Source: Microbotryum violaceum (Eukaryota). From it: a stretch of DNA of 64,000 bases. A model generated the notes under the pieces. That model was not told where the DNA came from, made no database searches, and was given only the letters and a program-made list of their open reading frames with translations. Location: NCBI GenBank assembly GCA_001244265.2, contig CDLV01000012.1, positions 558,001 to 622,000 of the forward strand. The letters are read 5' to 3'. Made by a program: the position numbers and the translations under genes. Of this stretch, positions 12,042 to 25,103 are shown one piece after another (the first letter of the stretch is position 1; the number at the start of each line of letters is the position of its first letter).

Positions 12042-12533
12042 ATGGCGCAATACACTCCGGTTCTCTTCGGGCCCATCCAATTCGCCCACCCCTCCGCTAT
12101 GCCTAGCCTGATTCCTTCGACGGGGTCGCTCGGCAATGTTCTCCGCAAACGTGCGGGCTCGTTCATCGGCTTCATCAAGTCCAACGCGCATTCCCCCAAA
12201 AATGTTGCCAAAGGGCGTCCCATCTCGAAACCGACCTTGGTCCAGTCCTCTCACGACCTCTTGGTCGCAATGCGATCGCCACCTGCCGCCGGCGCCCCCT
12301 CGGAACTTCCCCCTTCGTACCGCCAATCCTGGATATCCTTCTCAAGGGACGAGTCCGTTTCCTCCCGCGCATCACAAGACACTCGTCTACCCCAAGAGAC
12401 GGACGCCGATGACGACATCCTCTACATCACCCGAGTCGAGATAGGCGAGCAGCTCATCGCCGAGCGCAAAATTGTCGACCTGCTGGAGAAGGACCGCGTG
12501 ATGGACCAAGAGTTCCGCCGACTTGGACTTTGA
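12042..12533 (+). CDS. Small intronless protein of unknown function, paralog 2 (163 aa)
   Basis: Block-wise protein similarity to 10795-11289, near-identical length, same orientation. Confidence 0.8.
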   Translation: MAQYTPVLFGPIQFAHPSAMPSLIPSTGSLGNVLRKRAGSFIGFIKSNAHSPKNVAKGRPISKPTLVQSSHDLLVAMRSPPAAGAPSELPPSYRQSWISFSRDESVSSRASQDTRLPQETDADDDILYITRVEIGEQLIAERKIVDLLEKDRVMDQEFRRLGL

Positions 12534-13514
12534 ATCAAACATGAGCTGTACGAAGTTTTACTGGGGAGAGATTATAGACCCAGTCAGACTTTGGACGTGT
12601 TTTAGAGTCAGTTTGCTTTTCGGTAGGCTCGGCGTGTTCCGACAGCGACAGGATGATGTCTCGGGTTTCGTGAAGTTGGCGCTATGAATAGAGTTTCTTT
12701 GTGTAATGGGTTCATTTGTGTTATGTTACAAATAAGGTGATGGCAGATCTGATTTGATTCTCAAGAGGTGCATTCAAGTCCTAGCTTGAGTCTAGCAACG
12801 CACCGCGCCGTCATGAATTTCGAGCAGGCGGTCGACGTCATCAGACCCAGCTGCAGCCCCTAGCCAGCAAGAGCGGCAAAGCAAGCATCGGAGCTCGTCT
12901 AGTCTCTCCTCCGCTTTTGACACTCGACGTGGTCGAGTCGAGCTATACGGAATTGCTCCCGATCAAGTGGCTGCGCTCGTTTGGCACGGGCAGAACAGGC
13001 GATTGAAGCAGGAGGCAGCGCCAAGCTAAGTTCGTGCGACGCCGTTGTGCCCCCCGTCGCCCCCCCCCCCCCCCCGTCGTCTACAAATATATCTTCCGTC
13101 AACAAGATCAAGCCTACAAGTGCAAGCTGAACCTCCATTATGCACTCCGGAATGAACTGTTCGATGGTCCCCGACCTATGAATCCCCATTAATCAAGTAT
13201 GATGTCGAAGCGCAGAGGCTCACGGTCACGGGCACGTACGGCAAGAGCAACTGCGAGTGATGCCCAGAAAAAGTTCCAGCATGTGATACTATTGAATAGA
13301 CTTCTTTAAACAGCCCTTTCTGTGCTCCCATAGAGCTTGTGGTCCGTAACTCGTTTGGAAGGTGTGCTGCCTTCGAAGTGTGCTGTCGTCAAAAAGTCTG
13401 CGACTTTTGCCTCTAGGTCTTCCAAGTGAACGATAATATGGGATTGCAACGGTACAAGCGAGGAAAACCTGGATTCGGTTAGACTCAATGAAGCGAGTGT
13501 AGACGAGAGTAGCG

Positions 13515-16073
13515 TCAGGCGTAGAGCTGGTGGTGAAAGCGGCAAAAAGAAGTTCAGCACGAAAACTCATTGCCGCAGCCTCATTGGCAAGCAACTTACC
13601 ACATCCATGTCTGCAAGAGGCAAAGCCATCAACAATCGGAAAGCGTCAAAAGCCATCCCCAGAGTTTAGATTTGAAGAGTTATCAACCACTCACATCGAC
13701 TGGCCATCTCCTCAACGAGTCCAGGTCCAATCGCGCTTGACGATCCCAAGCCATCTGTGGTATAACGGAGAGCCACCCACCGTCAGCAAGGTATTGCGGC
13801 ATCGTGAATCTCCAATTGTCCACTCACAAAGCATGACCATCGAGCCCTCGCCGGGTTTATCTTGCGACTTGACCTCCTCCACCGCCTCCCTCAAGTCCGT
13901 CAACAGCTCATCCACGACTGGGACCGTCAACCTCGTACAAGCGATATGCAGCGCCGGTGGGCTCTGCAGAGCGTTCAAATGCCACCCCTTCTTGCTCATC
14001 ACATCTCCGACTTCGTAAATCGACACCGTCTTGGACGAAAAGGCGACGACCGAGACCAAAGGGTCACCGAGGACGTAGAGGTCGTCCATCTCCGAGACGC
14101 CTTGGACGATGCGCTTGGCCGCGCCGACGATCTCGCGGCACGATTCGGTGTATCCGTCGATACCCATCTTCATCATCGACGCCCACGCACCGGCGATGAT
14201 GGCTCCCGGTCGAGAGCCGGCCATGGAAGGCGATGCGTCTAAGCAGCTCCGCCAGAAATACGTTAGAACATCAGAACATTATCCCTTGTGTCTTTACGCG
14301 AGCAGAGAGTACTCACACGTTCCTCCGGCCCAGGCTCCCATGACGGAGTACTGATACCGTCTTAGCGCCTTGGATCGATACATGATGACCTGCGAAGTCA
14401 TAGCTCTTCATGAGCCTCCAAACCCGTACGTTCTCCGAAACAGCGTAACTCACGGAGCTGCCCTTTGGTGCAAAGCCGTCTGCAGAACGAACACGGAACG
14501 AAACGATTAGCAAACGTTTCAAACTAGGGATTGTTCTGCGAAAATCTCACACTTGTGGGTGTCGCACGAAATGGACGTCACACCAGGTACACGGAAGTCG
14601 AAGGGTTCGGCGGGGTAGCCGGCTCGTTCGAGGAAAGGTACGAGGAAAGAACCGAGGCAGCAGTCGACGTGGAGACCGAGATGGTGCTTGATCGCGAGCT
14701 TCGAAAGGGCGGAGATGTCGTCGATGATGCCGTCGGGAAAGTTTGGCTGCAAAAGCAAATTCGGCCCATCAGAAGCTAGCCGGGAGTCTCGGCTCGGACA
14801 CCACATGAACGCACCGCCGACCCGACCAACATGATCGTGTTGGGGTTGATGGCGCGCTTGACCATCTTGATGTTGACTTTCCGCGTTTCCGTGTCGACGG
14901 GGATGTGGTGAATCTTGATCTTGAAGTAGCTTGCGGCTTTGTCGAATGCGGCGTGAGCAGAAGCAGGCACGATCCTGTAGGCGCCGTGCGGTACAACCAT
15001 CGAATCAGTCCAGAAGGGTCATCGATGGGCTTTAGTATACGCGCGGTGCCTTACATCTCGGGGCGGGTGATGCCGCGCTCAGCAGCGGCACGGTCACGAT
15101 AAGCCTTGCACGCCATGAGGATACTCTCAGTCCCTCCCGACGTAGTCGTTCCTGCGCCGCCGTTCTGATCGACGGCCGAGGTCGGCAGCGGCGAGTTGAA
15201 CAGCGATAGGCACATCGCGACGACCTCGGCGTCCATCTTGCGCACGCCTGGAATTTCAAGGACGGCCGAGTAAGCGAACTGACGTGTCCATCCCCCTGGA
15301 AAGCAGTTTCAACGAGGACTTGCCAGGGAAGACATCGGCATGCAGCGGGTTCGAGACCTCGAACCTGCCGAATGCTTCTCTCCAAATATCGCCCATTTCG
15401 ACCGTGCCATTGTACACCGCTCCCGAAACCCTGCCGTTCTCCCACTTGGTATTTGGAAGACTGCCATGCACTTCGAGGGTCTTGATGACCTCTTCTTTGC
15501 TCAGCCCAGTTGAGGGCAGCGCATGCTGAGGGGGTAGGTTGTCGTATTTGGGAGCGAGCTTCTTCTCGAGGTCGATCGTGACCGAGTCAAGTTCGCCTTG
15601 GACCTTGCGTCGGACCGAGGGGATCAGGTAGATCATGAGCTTGAAGCCGCGCTGTTGGGAGAGCACAACCGGGTCAAGGTCCATGTGGTGTTACTTGTGA
15701 GATCGTGGGCTGCCACTGACCTTGACTGTGGCCACGTAGGTTTCATGCACCGCCGTGGCGACGCCGGTCGCTCGCAAGTGTCGCACCAAGCGAAGCACGT
15801 ACAGCTGTACCACATACCTGTAGCACGAGTCATGCGAAGCGATATCAACACCATCCTCTTCTGAGACGATCCGCTGTACTGTGGTGCTCACCAAAACACG
15901 ACCTGCACACATGATTCGCATCGTGTCATCCCCCACATGTCAGCGAGCCAGCACACGAAGATCGACTGCTGGCGTACACAACAACTGACCTGTTTGCTAT
16001 TCTCGAGCGTGACCAGGCTCCGGATCAACGAGATGTAAGGGCTCAGATAGGGTGCTACGCCGCGGGTCGACAT
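13515..16073 (-). CDS. DPL1: Sphingosine-1-phosphate lyase (PLP-dependent)
   Basis: [64 protein letters not shown] (PLP lysine), [13 protein letters not shown]. Last exons spell ...SRYMDV|LYA*. Confidence 0.95.
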
Positions 16074-16301
16074 CGGTTTTGGCGGTGGTCGATGACGGTG
16101 GTCGGTGGCGAAGAGATCAAAGGCGGAAAGGCGAGCGCAGCCCTCCCTCTCCGGGTCCACGCAGCCCGAGCCGACAAGCGCCGAGCTCGGGAAGAGTCTG
16201 CTTCCCGCGAAGGTCTCGAGAAGACGATGCACGCCGATCCCCATGAGGAAACAAAATCATAAGCCGACCAGAAAGTTTGGACAACAATCAAAGTTCCACG
16301 C

Positions 16302-19300
16302 TCATGGGGTATATTCTACAACCTCGATACCGATACCCGCCAGAACGATTTCCCAAGCTTCCTCGCCAGTGGCGATGGCGCTCGGACCCTTCACCCGCCG
16401 AACATCCATCGTCGAGCAGTCCGAGATACCCAAACAGAGTCCGCTTTGGAAGCGCAATTCGTCCGTTGATATCTCCCATATACTGAGTCGTTGATCAACA
16501 GCAGACGACGCCAAGAGCGTTGGCGATAGGAAGCAGATGCCTGAGTTTGAATGTGTCAATTTTAGTTAGTCAAGTCGCGTTGTCGCCACGAACAAATGGT
16601 GGGATCGGACGTACCTTGTATAGTCGAAGCATGAGCATTCTCTTTCGACATTCTGTCCTCTGATCGGTGGGAAATTTGACCCTCCGCGGACACCTCGAAA
16701 CGATGTACATGCACAGCACCGTCGTCTCCACCCGTGGCGACGCGAATCGTTCGCGATTCGGCTGGATCACCAAAGGCTCTTTCAATAAGCGCAAGCGAGC
16801 AAACAAGGTCTCACAACCGCATCGTAGTAAGACTCACCATCGTATGAGGTATCAAGTCCGTTAATCCCTGACTGATGGGCGTGGAACGAGTAGAGGGGCG
16901 ATTCGAGCATTGATCCTCGGCCTGATGCATCCCTTTCAAACACCAAAACCGTCTGTATCAGTTTCTTGAGATGTGGATCAGGTCTAACGACCTCCACTCA
17001 CCCTGCAATCGATCGAGCAATATCCCATACAGACAGTCTTGGAAAATACAAAAGCGGATCAGCACTGAGTCTCTCATCGTCTCCTCCCGACGTGAATCCT
17101 CAAAGTGATGAACTCACAGCCCATCCGATCGTCCCGTGAGAAGCAGCTGCTGACCATCCACCTCAATAACCTTGGTCGTCAGCACGCATTTTCCCTTTTC
17201 CCGACTCTCGCAGATCTTCGCGAAGCGTTTCGTTCGAGTATCAAAGTGATGGACCTGATCAAAATAGCCATGCCATACGTCAGCTTCCCCGTCCTTGTCT
17301 AACCCCTAGACCCACCTTCACCGCAACGTAAAGTACCTTCACCGACCCATCCGAATAGCCCCCAATCACAGCAAAGACCTCCTCCTCCCGTCCAACCGCA
17401 ACCCAACAATGATCCATGATCCTCGTCTCACACTGATCCTCACCCCCCTCAAGCTCCGCCTCACCCCACGCCAAGACCCTCATTTCCTCCTTTTTTCCCC
17501 TCCCTTCAAAGCAGATCTTCCAAGCCCTCAAAAGTTCTTGTGAACCACTAGCGAGGAGGAAAAGCTCTCCTTTCGGAGTGGGGAGGAAGGTAACTGTTTT
17601 GACGGACGTAGGGAGAGACGTATCGGTGAAGACGGGGGAGATGGAACGGTTCCTTTTCGGATCGGTCGTAAGCAGCGAAAGAGTCAACGTCGAGTTTTCG
17701 GCTCCTGTAGCGAGTAAGGTCATGCCTTGCTGGTTTGGATGTTGGTAAAAAGCGACCGAACGGATCTCACGTCCATGATGCCCTCGAAAGACGATAGGCA
17801 GTGGTAATCGAGAGGATTTGCGAGGTGAGTTTTGGTAAAAGATCTATGAAGATGGGGTCCAACCATTAGCCACCGGGGTCGGAACGCAAGGTGACGGACG
17901 ATGTCTGGCTTCCGACCTCACCTTTCCTCGATCTATTCGGTAGTAACTCGATTGTCCCGCATGGTTCAAAAGCGTTCCACTACTCCTACTCCTCGTAGCC
18001 GGGAATGTCTCGAGCTGCACAAGCGCGAAGATAGGGGTCAGCTAGGGGTCAGCAGTCCGTCCACACCACGAAAAGTCGTCTTCTACGTACCTTGAACCCA
18101 TTCACATCCACGATAACGACATCATTCTTCACAGCCGTCAAATACCTGCCCGCTTCCAAGATCCCAACCACCGCACCCTTGACGATCATCGTTTCACTCA
18201 AAGCGAGTATATTCCACCCCTCCGTCCCACCGCCCAGGACCAACCGATGCAAGCTCCTTGAACCACCCCTCGAAACGGTCTCGACGTCCCATTCGTCACT
18301 CCCTTTGAGGCGAATGAGTTTGATTCCGTTGATGGCATCCGAGTGAAGTTGATTCCGAAAAAGGATTTGACCTTCTTCGCCTTTCCTCATTCGAACGAGC
18401 ACGAGCTCACCGGCCCTCGTGCCGAGGACGATGAGCTTCTCCGACATGAAAGCGGCGGAAGCGATCCTTGATCTAGCGGATCCGATTGAGGTACCCTGAA
18501 GAAGACTGGTAGGCATCGTTGAGAGTTGTTGTGGGGTTTTCGAGTTGCCAAGGGACCAGATTTGAATCGTGTTGGACACTTGCTCAGCCACGAGGAATTT
18601 CGACGGTGAGGTCGACGAGAGGTGAAGGAACGTAGGCGGGTGCAGAGGGAAAGTGACGGAAGCAGTTGGCATTAACTCATGGGAGAGGGTGATAATGGTA
18701 CATTTACCAGAGTTGGAAAAGATCCACACGTTCGTCGAAGTCGAAGAGGAGGTGATCCGAATTGATGCGATCGACGCCTCGGTGTGGATGAGCTGTGGCG
18801 GCGAGGAAGGAGGTAGCGCTGTCGAGTAGACCAACCTGGAGGCAGATAGGCACAAAGCGTCAGTCGATCTCGAATTGATCATGGGAGAACACGGACTCAC
18901 CCGTTTCCCGTAAAGAACACCCCCACACACCCGAGCACCTCCGACACGACGCCAGAGAAAGCCTTGATCACCCCCTTCACAGACTCGAACTCGAGTTCTG
19001 CTCGGATGGCCAAACATCAGTTCCTTCCCTCCCAAATTGTTGACATCAAACTCTCGAAGCTCACCCTTTTCCTTCCTCTTCTCCCCCTCTTCGTCGCGAG
19101 CGACGGGCCAGCACCTGACAGCGCCATCCGCTCCTCCCGATAAGACGACAGTCGCACCAAGATCCTGTCCCGCCGGCTCGATCGTACAACTCGTGACGGC
19201 CCACAAGCTACGTCCATCATGACCATCCAAATGAACTTGTCTACATCGATACGTCCTCTTGACATAATCAAGAGACCATACTCTAACCGAAGCGTCCTAT

Positions 19301-20527
19301 GAACAAGAATGTCGCCGCTATATCAGCTCTGATCGATGACCACGCATACGTGATAGACGGTATCCCGACCCACCTCGGCGATGCTCATCAGGGTGTGCTC
19401 GTCGATCCATCGGGCCCTCCATATCCGACCTAGATGACCCCAGAGGACCTGTGAGGGCCGACTTTCTTCAGGTGCTTCGGCATTCCATATGCGCAATGTT
19501 CGATCGTCAGAACCGGTGAGGAGATATCGACCCGATGGTGAAAAGGCGATGGTAAAGATGGAGCCCTGATGGAAACGAGATGATGAGATGAAGCCATCAA
19601 CGACCGGGCGCACTGTGAGGGGCATACTCTGATACGAACGCGCACGAACCTGGTGTCCGACGAATCTCTTGATTGCTGCATTGTCCAAGGTAATATCTTG
19701 TCCTTGAGATGCGTCGTCGTCAATGACCACATCTTTCAGCCCCCACACCAAGACATCACCCAGAATACTACCACTCGCTATCCGTACGTCGGTCAAGGAG
19801 GTATAGGTCGAGCGGGACAATTCCGAGGACCAGAGCAGAGGTCGAAGTGGGGCGTGATAGGTTCGGATTCGATGGGGTGGAGGAACAGTAACGGATGTCG
19901 ATGCACTCTGGGTAGATGTGGTAACCGAGAATACTTGAAATGAGTTGTGCGCCGTCACAAAGAGAACGTGATCGTCCTGTGGCGAGAACTGGTAAAGGTG
20001 AGCTTGGGGCGGAAGCAGTTAGGGGAGTGTGGGGGTAAGGGGGTCGAGGACGTACCCGAAGGAAAGCACAGCTGAGGATCCAGTCATCAAGCTTGAAGTG
20101 GTGTCTGACATTCACTTGAATTGTTTGCTGTGAATTCAATCTGTGCGTAATTTTCCCCCAAGAGGTGAGCTCGTGTACCCTAACCCGCTCCTCATCCGGC
20201 CCGGACTGACCGAGTGCTCTGCTCCCCGTCTCGGGCTTCGCAAGAGGGCGGCGTAACGACGATCGAGACCCAAGCCGCCTCTTTACCGCCCGCCACGAGC
20301 ACGTTCCAAGTATACGACTCATCAGATACTTCCCTGACAACGATATGGTGTATCCTTTCCCTCTGGAGTACGCAGCATCTATAGACCGGGCTGGAAGAAG
20401 CTCGAGGTCCCAAGAGGTTGACGAGCAAGTCGGTGTGGCTGCCGGCGAGCAGAGTCGGATGGGGAACCGTCGCCAAGGTTGCGAGTGCGGTGATGGGGGC
20501 TGTGATGTGTCGCGATACAAGCGACAT
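16302..20527 (-). CDS. RTT10: WD40-repeat protein of the WDR6/Rtt10 (Trm734) family
   Basis: GHQGSIF...TGSDDRTLRIW, GHLGRIW, GHDGRSLW, HGREIR, HQSGIN, DQRLSIW and C-terminal AGIGIEV, the motif order typical of WDR6. Confidence 0.8.
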
Positions 20528-20668
20528 GGTTGGGGGGGCCGCCCAAGAATTTGAAAAATGAGGGCCTGATCCGAACCAGCGTGGTGTGGTTGAATGCGCG
20601 AGGCACGGAGGAATGAGCCGGCGGATGAGCTGCGAGCGTGTGAAATGACGTGAAGTCCCAAGAGCGAG

Positions 20669-20805
20669 CACCTATGCGGGTCAAAATAAGCCTAACAAAT
20701 ATACTACCCCGCGCGGCGAGTTTAGGGAGCTTTTTGAAGATTTGGCCCAGGAAAACGTTGGTGCGGGCTAGGTGCACCATTGCCCTGCCAACCCCCAGCC
20801 CCCGG
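20669..20805 (+). repeat. Left imperfect TIR of the KDZ element
   Basis: ...CCCCGCGCGG-CGAGTTTAGGGAGCTTTTT...TTTGGCCC...GTTGGTGCGGGCTAGGTGCACCATTGCCCT...CCCCGG aligns with the reverse complement of 30134-30272. Confidence 0.88.
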
Positions 20806-20907
20806 AGGCAAAAGTGGTCACTAATCCGGGCACTTGCTACTTATCCCCGCTAATGGTCCATCTGCCTCAGCACCACGAGTTCCCCCCACTTCCCTCCAAC
20901 CAAGGCC

Positions 20908-23900
20908 TTGCAGGCTCACACCCATCGCTTCAAGCATGGACATCCTACCACACACACCACCACCTCTACAACCTCGCTCAGCATCGCCAGTCGGAACAGA
21001 GAAGGGAAAACGCCTGACAAGACCAAGCGCAAGAAGAGCACGACCGTGAGGAGGAGGAGGAGGAAGAAGGTGACCAGCAGCAACAAGGACACGTTCGAGA
21101 ATGGGGCCACGACGTCGGTCGGAATGGAGGAGGAGGCGAAGACGAAGAATAAGAAGAGGAGGAGATTATGGACCAGGCGAGTACGGAAAAGGGGGCCATC
21201 GTTGTCCCCGGATAGCGAGCTGTTCGACAAGACGTTCGGCTTCAACTTCGGCATTTTCCGCTCTGCAACGAAGAGGCGTCCGAAACGTCAGCCGGGCCCT
21301 CCCCTATCACCATCAGTCCAGAGGTCAACGCGTCGTCGGAAGGAGCATTCGGAGAAATCCATTGCCGGCCTCCACAAATCATCGTCCGAGCCTTGGACTG
21401 ACATTGCCGATGGCGCAACGGCGTGGCCTCTAGACACCGAGACCGGCGGCTTCGAGCACAACTTCAAGCCTAACAGCGCGCCCGACTTTGAGCTCGACTA
21501 CGACTTCGGTCGCGATTTCGGCGGTGGATACTCATCTGGGCCGGAGCATTCGCCATTCCACCCAGACGGTGCTTCTCAAGACCAAGCGCCCTCTTCCCTT
21601 AAGCGATCGCAGATCGAGAGGAACGCCAAGAAGCAGCGCAATCGTCGCCGGAATGCGAGGGCCGAAGCTAAGACTAGGGCGTCAAAACGAGCTGAACTTC
21701 TCCAGGCGTACCTATTGATGAAGAAAAAGGCCAAAGAAGTGCTTCGACAGAGCGGGTTTGTCCCTTCCCCGGACGACGAGGGGTGGTGCAACGCATGTCA
21801 TGAACGCCGAGTCACCAGAAAGGTCCGGGTTGTCGACCTGTTCTTTGCAGGTAGGTGCTTCTGTTGCACATATTTTGTCAATCACCCCTACGCTATCGTC
21901 TTGGACTGATTTGGTATTCCCCAAACATGAGCAGGCATGCGAGAACTACGATACTGTCCATGCTATTCCGAGATCCAAACCCTGGCAGCTCACGGTCTTC
22001 TCCCGACGTCGTCATCTTCAATCCGAAAAAGAGAAGGCATCACCGCATTCACCTTTCGCACGATCGAATATCTCGACACCTACTGGGGGTAGATCCTTTT
22101 GGTATATATGGCATGTCCGAAGCGCTCATTCTCTTTTGGTCCTCTGAATCATCCTCGGAGGATCCTTTTAACAAGGTGGGCTCTTGGACAGGGACAGGCC
22201 GGAAACATTCACTGTTTCTTACAGAAAATATTGGAAGCTTCCCAGGGTCCAACCGTGCGTCAGCATCTTCAAGCCGCAATGGATGAATATCGATTTATGC
22301 AACAGCTGCAGGCTACCTTGACCGCCGAAATTCTCGGCCTCTCCCGCGCGAGCGTCTGGCCGACGTTTGTCCGGCATGTTTTGGGCCTCGGATCGATGAA
22401 GCCGGCAAGAGCGAGAATGACCTCGATGTCATCATTGCTGTCGACGGCAATTTTCAGCATCGACGACTCGCGCGGGCAACTGCTGATCCTCTCAAGTCAC
22501 GTCCAGCGTTATTCCTGCCACCAGACAAGATTCGAAACGAGCAAGCTTTGATCGACGGATCGACTGAAGCGGGCGAGAAGGTACCTTGGTGCTGCTGATG
22601 TTGGGTCACCCGAACCCAATAATGCCTTGACCCGACTGTCTGTGATTGCTAAACGGGCTATTCTATCATACAGGACGAATGCACAGCCAACTGGAAGGCC
22701 GCAGATGGTGGTGTGACCTCCGCTTCGTCAAATGTAGTGGCCGACACAGGCCTCGTTGCTGCAGTGTGCCGTCATGATCATTGCCTGCGACTTTGCAACC
22801 TTCATCAATCAGGTGAAAAGTATGTGTGGACCGGCCATCTGTGACTCCAGGCAAGGACACTACTAAGCGAAGTTGGTCTGCCGCAGGTTAGTATATCCCG
22901 TGTCGCTGTTGAAATGGATTCTCGAAGAAGTTGAAGTCGGAGAAACGGATTGTACTACGGGGCCTGCGCGTACCAGTGACGCTACAAACGTCGGATCCAG
23001 CTCGGGATCGGGCTCCCACCAAAGTTCGAGTCAGGATCGAAGTCGCGTTGGAGTCGCGTATGATATCGCCTGCAACTTATCGTCGCACTTACGCCGTGTG
23101 AGTTTGTTCGTGACACTCAGCCTGACGTTGGCTTAGTTCGTAGCTGAGCAACTCATCTCTCCCCGGTATGCGCAGCGCAATCTTCTGGCAGATCACTTAC
23201 CGCGTCTAGAATTTGCTCTCTCGTCGATGCATGCCTATGCGCACAAGTGGTCCTGCCAGATTGACTTTGATCCGCGCTTTCTACCCAATTTTGGTTTGAC
23301 TGATGGCGAAGGAACCGAGCGCTTGTGGTCGCAGCTTCGAGGCATGATACCCATGAATCGATCGTCGAGTTCCTCCCATCGGCTGGAGAACATCAATCGT
23401 CGAGCATCTGCTTATAACAAGCAGCATCTGGCCGAACTTGGTTCGCTTAAGCGTCCAGTCTTTCATGCACTACCTTACCATGTCGCTGATCTTTGGCGTA
23501 TCGATCATGCCCAGTGACCAAACTTAATTCTCGACTCAAAAACGCAATCAAGCTCAAGGCCGAAGCCGACAGAGTCATTGCTGAGGTCGTTAATCGCTCC
23601 GAATGGACGGTCGCTACCTTCCTTGAACAATGGCACGCGCAACGTGCAGCGTCCAAGCAGATCCCTCTGAAAGAGCAGCGCAAAGAGGTAGCCGAGATGC
23701 GCAACGTCATGTTCAAGCTTGAGCTGGTTAACAGAGACATCGCAGCATGCCGATGGGTCTGAGCTATCGTCGTCGTTTGGGAGTGAGACACGAACCGGTA
23801 ACCTAGCTTCGGTATTCATTTTTCGATTGACACAGGGAAGACCTAGCCTGCGTGAACACCATAGATACGAACAAGCTTATAGAACAGTCGACTAAACTTC

Positions 23901-25103
23901 AACAGCTGGTCAAACAACGGCAGGTTCTTGATGATCGACTGAACTCCTTACGCACATCGGACATAAACATCAGTGTCCTGGACCCTGGTACGTCACTTCC
24001 TTCTTCCATTCTGACCCTTCGGTGTGATCCCCGTTGTCCCCGCTTAGATATTTCAATACCTTTGATTGGCACAGACTATGAACCAGCCTGCACGTTGATG
24101 GTCGCATCTCGCTCGCTGTGGGACGTGGTCGTACAATATCGACAGGGAGCTGAGAGGCTGCGGCTCCCGCGCCTAGGCGGTAAAGCCCTCGGTAGGAAAT
24201 CCATGGTACGAGTCTTCTGCGCCGGCAGAAGGAACGCTGATGTGTAGCAATGCCTGCTCATAGGTACGAAAGCGGCTGGTCTCCTGGTCAAGAATCTTAA
24301 TTCTTTGCGTCCAAGACTCATGAAGGCAGTGGCGATGTATAACGACGAGGTGAAAAAGTATGCTGCCATCCTCGTCAATTCTCAGGATTCCCATCCGATC
24401 TTGAGAACCGAAGGGTACCGCCATCAGCCCCAGAGGATCTCAACGAACTGCTCAAACTCGACATCTTGGCGCCGCTCTGGAACAACGGATTATATAGTCA
24501 TCCCACTGAGCCGTAGGCCTACGATGATGATGTTCGTGTCGGCATTCCAGCAGTATTGTCTCGCGCAAGATGCCAGCAAGAAATCAAGCGACTTGGATGG
24601 GAAGTGCGTCGCATTGGACGGTGGCTGATAAGCCGTCGTAAGAGGTGTCAGCAAGTTCGCCAGCAATTACTCCAACGAGATGAGCAGGATTACTTTGCGA
24701 TGATGATGCTCGAGCAAGAAGAAGAGCGTCTTAGAAATATTGCGCGCCGATGGTTTTCGAAGGGCGGCCTAGATCACCTGTGGGAATGCACCCGGCAAAC
24801 CAGCGAACCGCAAATGGAGGAGTGGGTCGAGCTTCGAATGTGGTGCACCGACGACGCTGATGTTTTTCAACGAACCACAACGGGTGGCTTGCCGGATCAC
24901 ACATGGCCAGACTGCATCAATGATGGGATGGTCGGAGAGTCGGACGACATCACCACGAATCATGACACCCTTCTTGACATCAGTGATCTTCGAGCGATGA
25001 TCTGAGTCATCATTCCGTCGACACTATCGATTACGGCGCCTTCAGTGACGAGATCATCGAGAATTTTGACGAAGACGATGGCGATATTTTTTGGGGGATT
25101 TGA
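20908..25103 (+). pseudogene. KDZ transposase with CxC1-like N-terminal cysteine cluster, disrupted
   Basis: WCNACH...VRVVDL, VCPACFG, IIAVDGNFQHRRL, CTANWKAA, DTGLVAAVCRHDH, SGEK, VAYDIAC, MHAYAHKWSCQ..FDPR...FGLTDGEGTERLWS, HPTEP*AYDDDVRVGI. Lesions: TAG at 24514-24516 and frameshifts near 22345, 24395 and 24990. Start codon uncertain. Confidence 0.92.
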
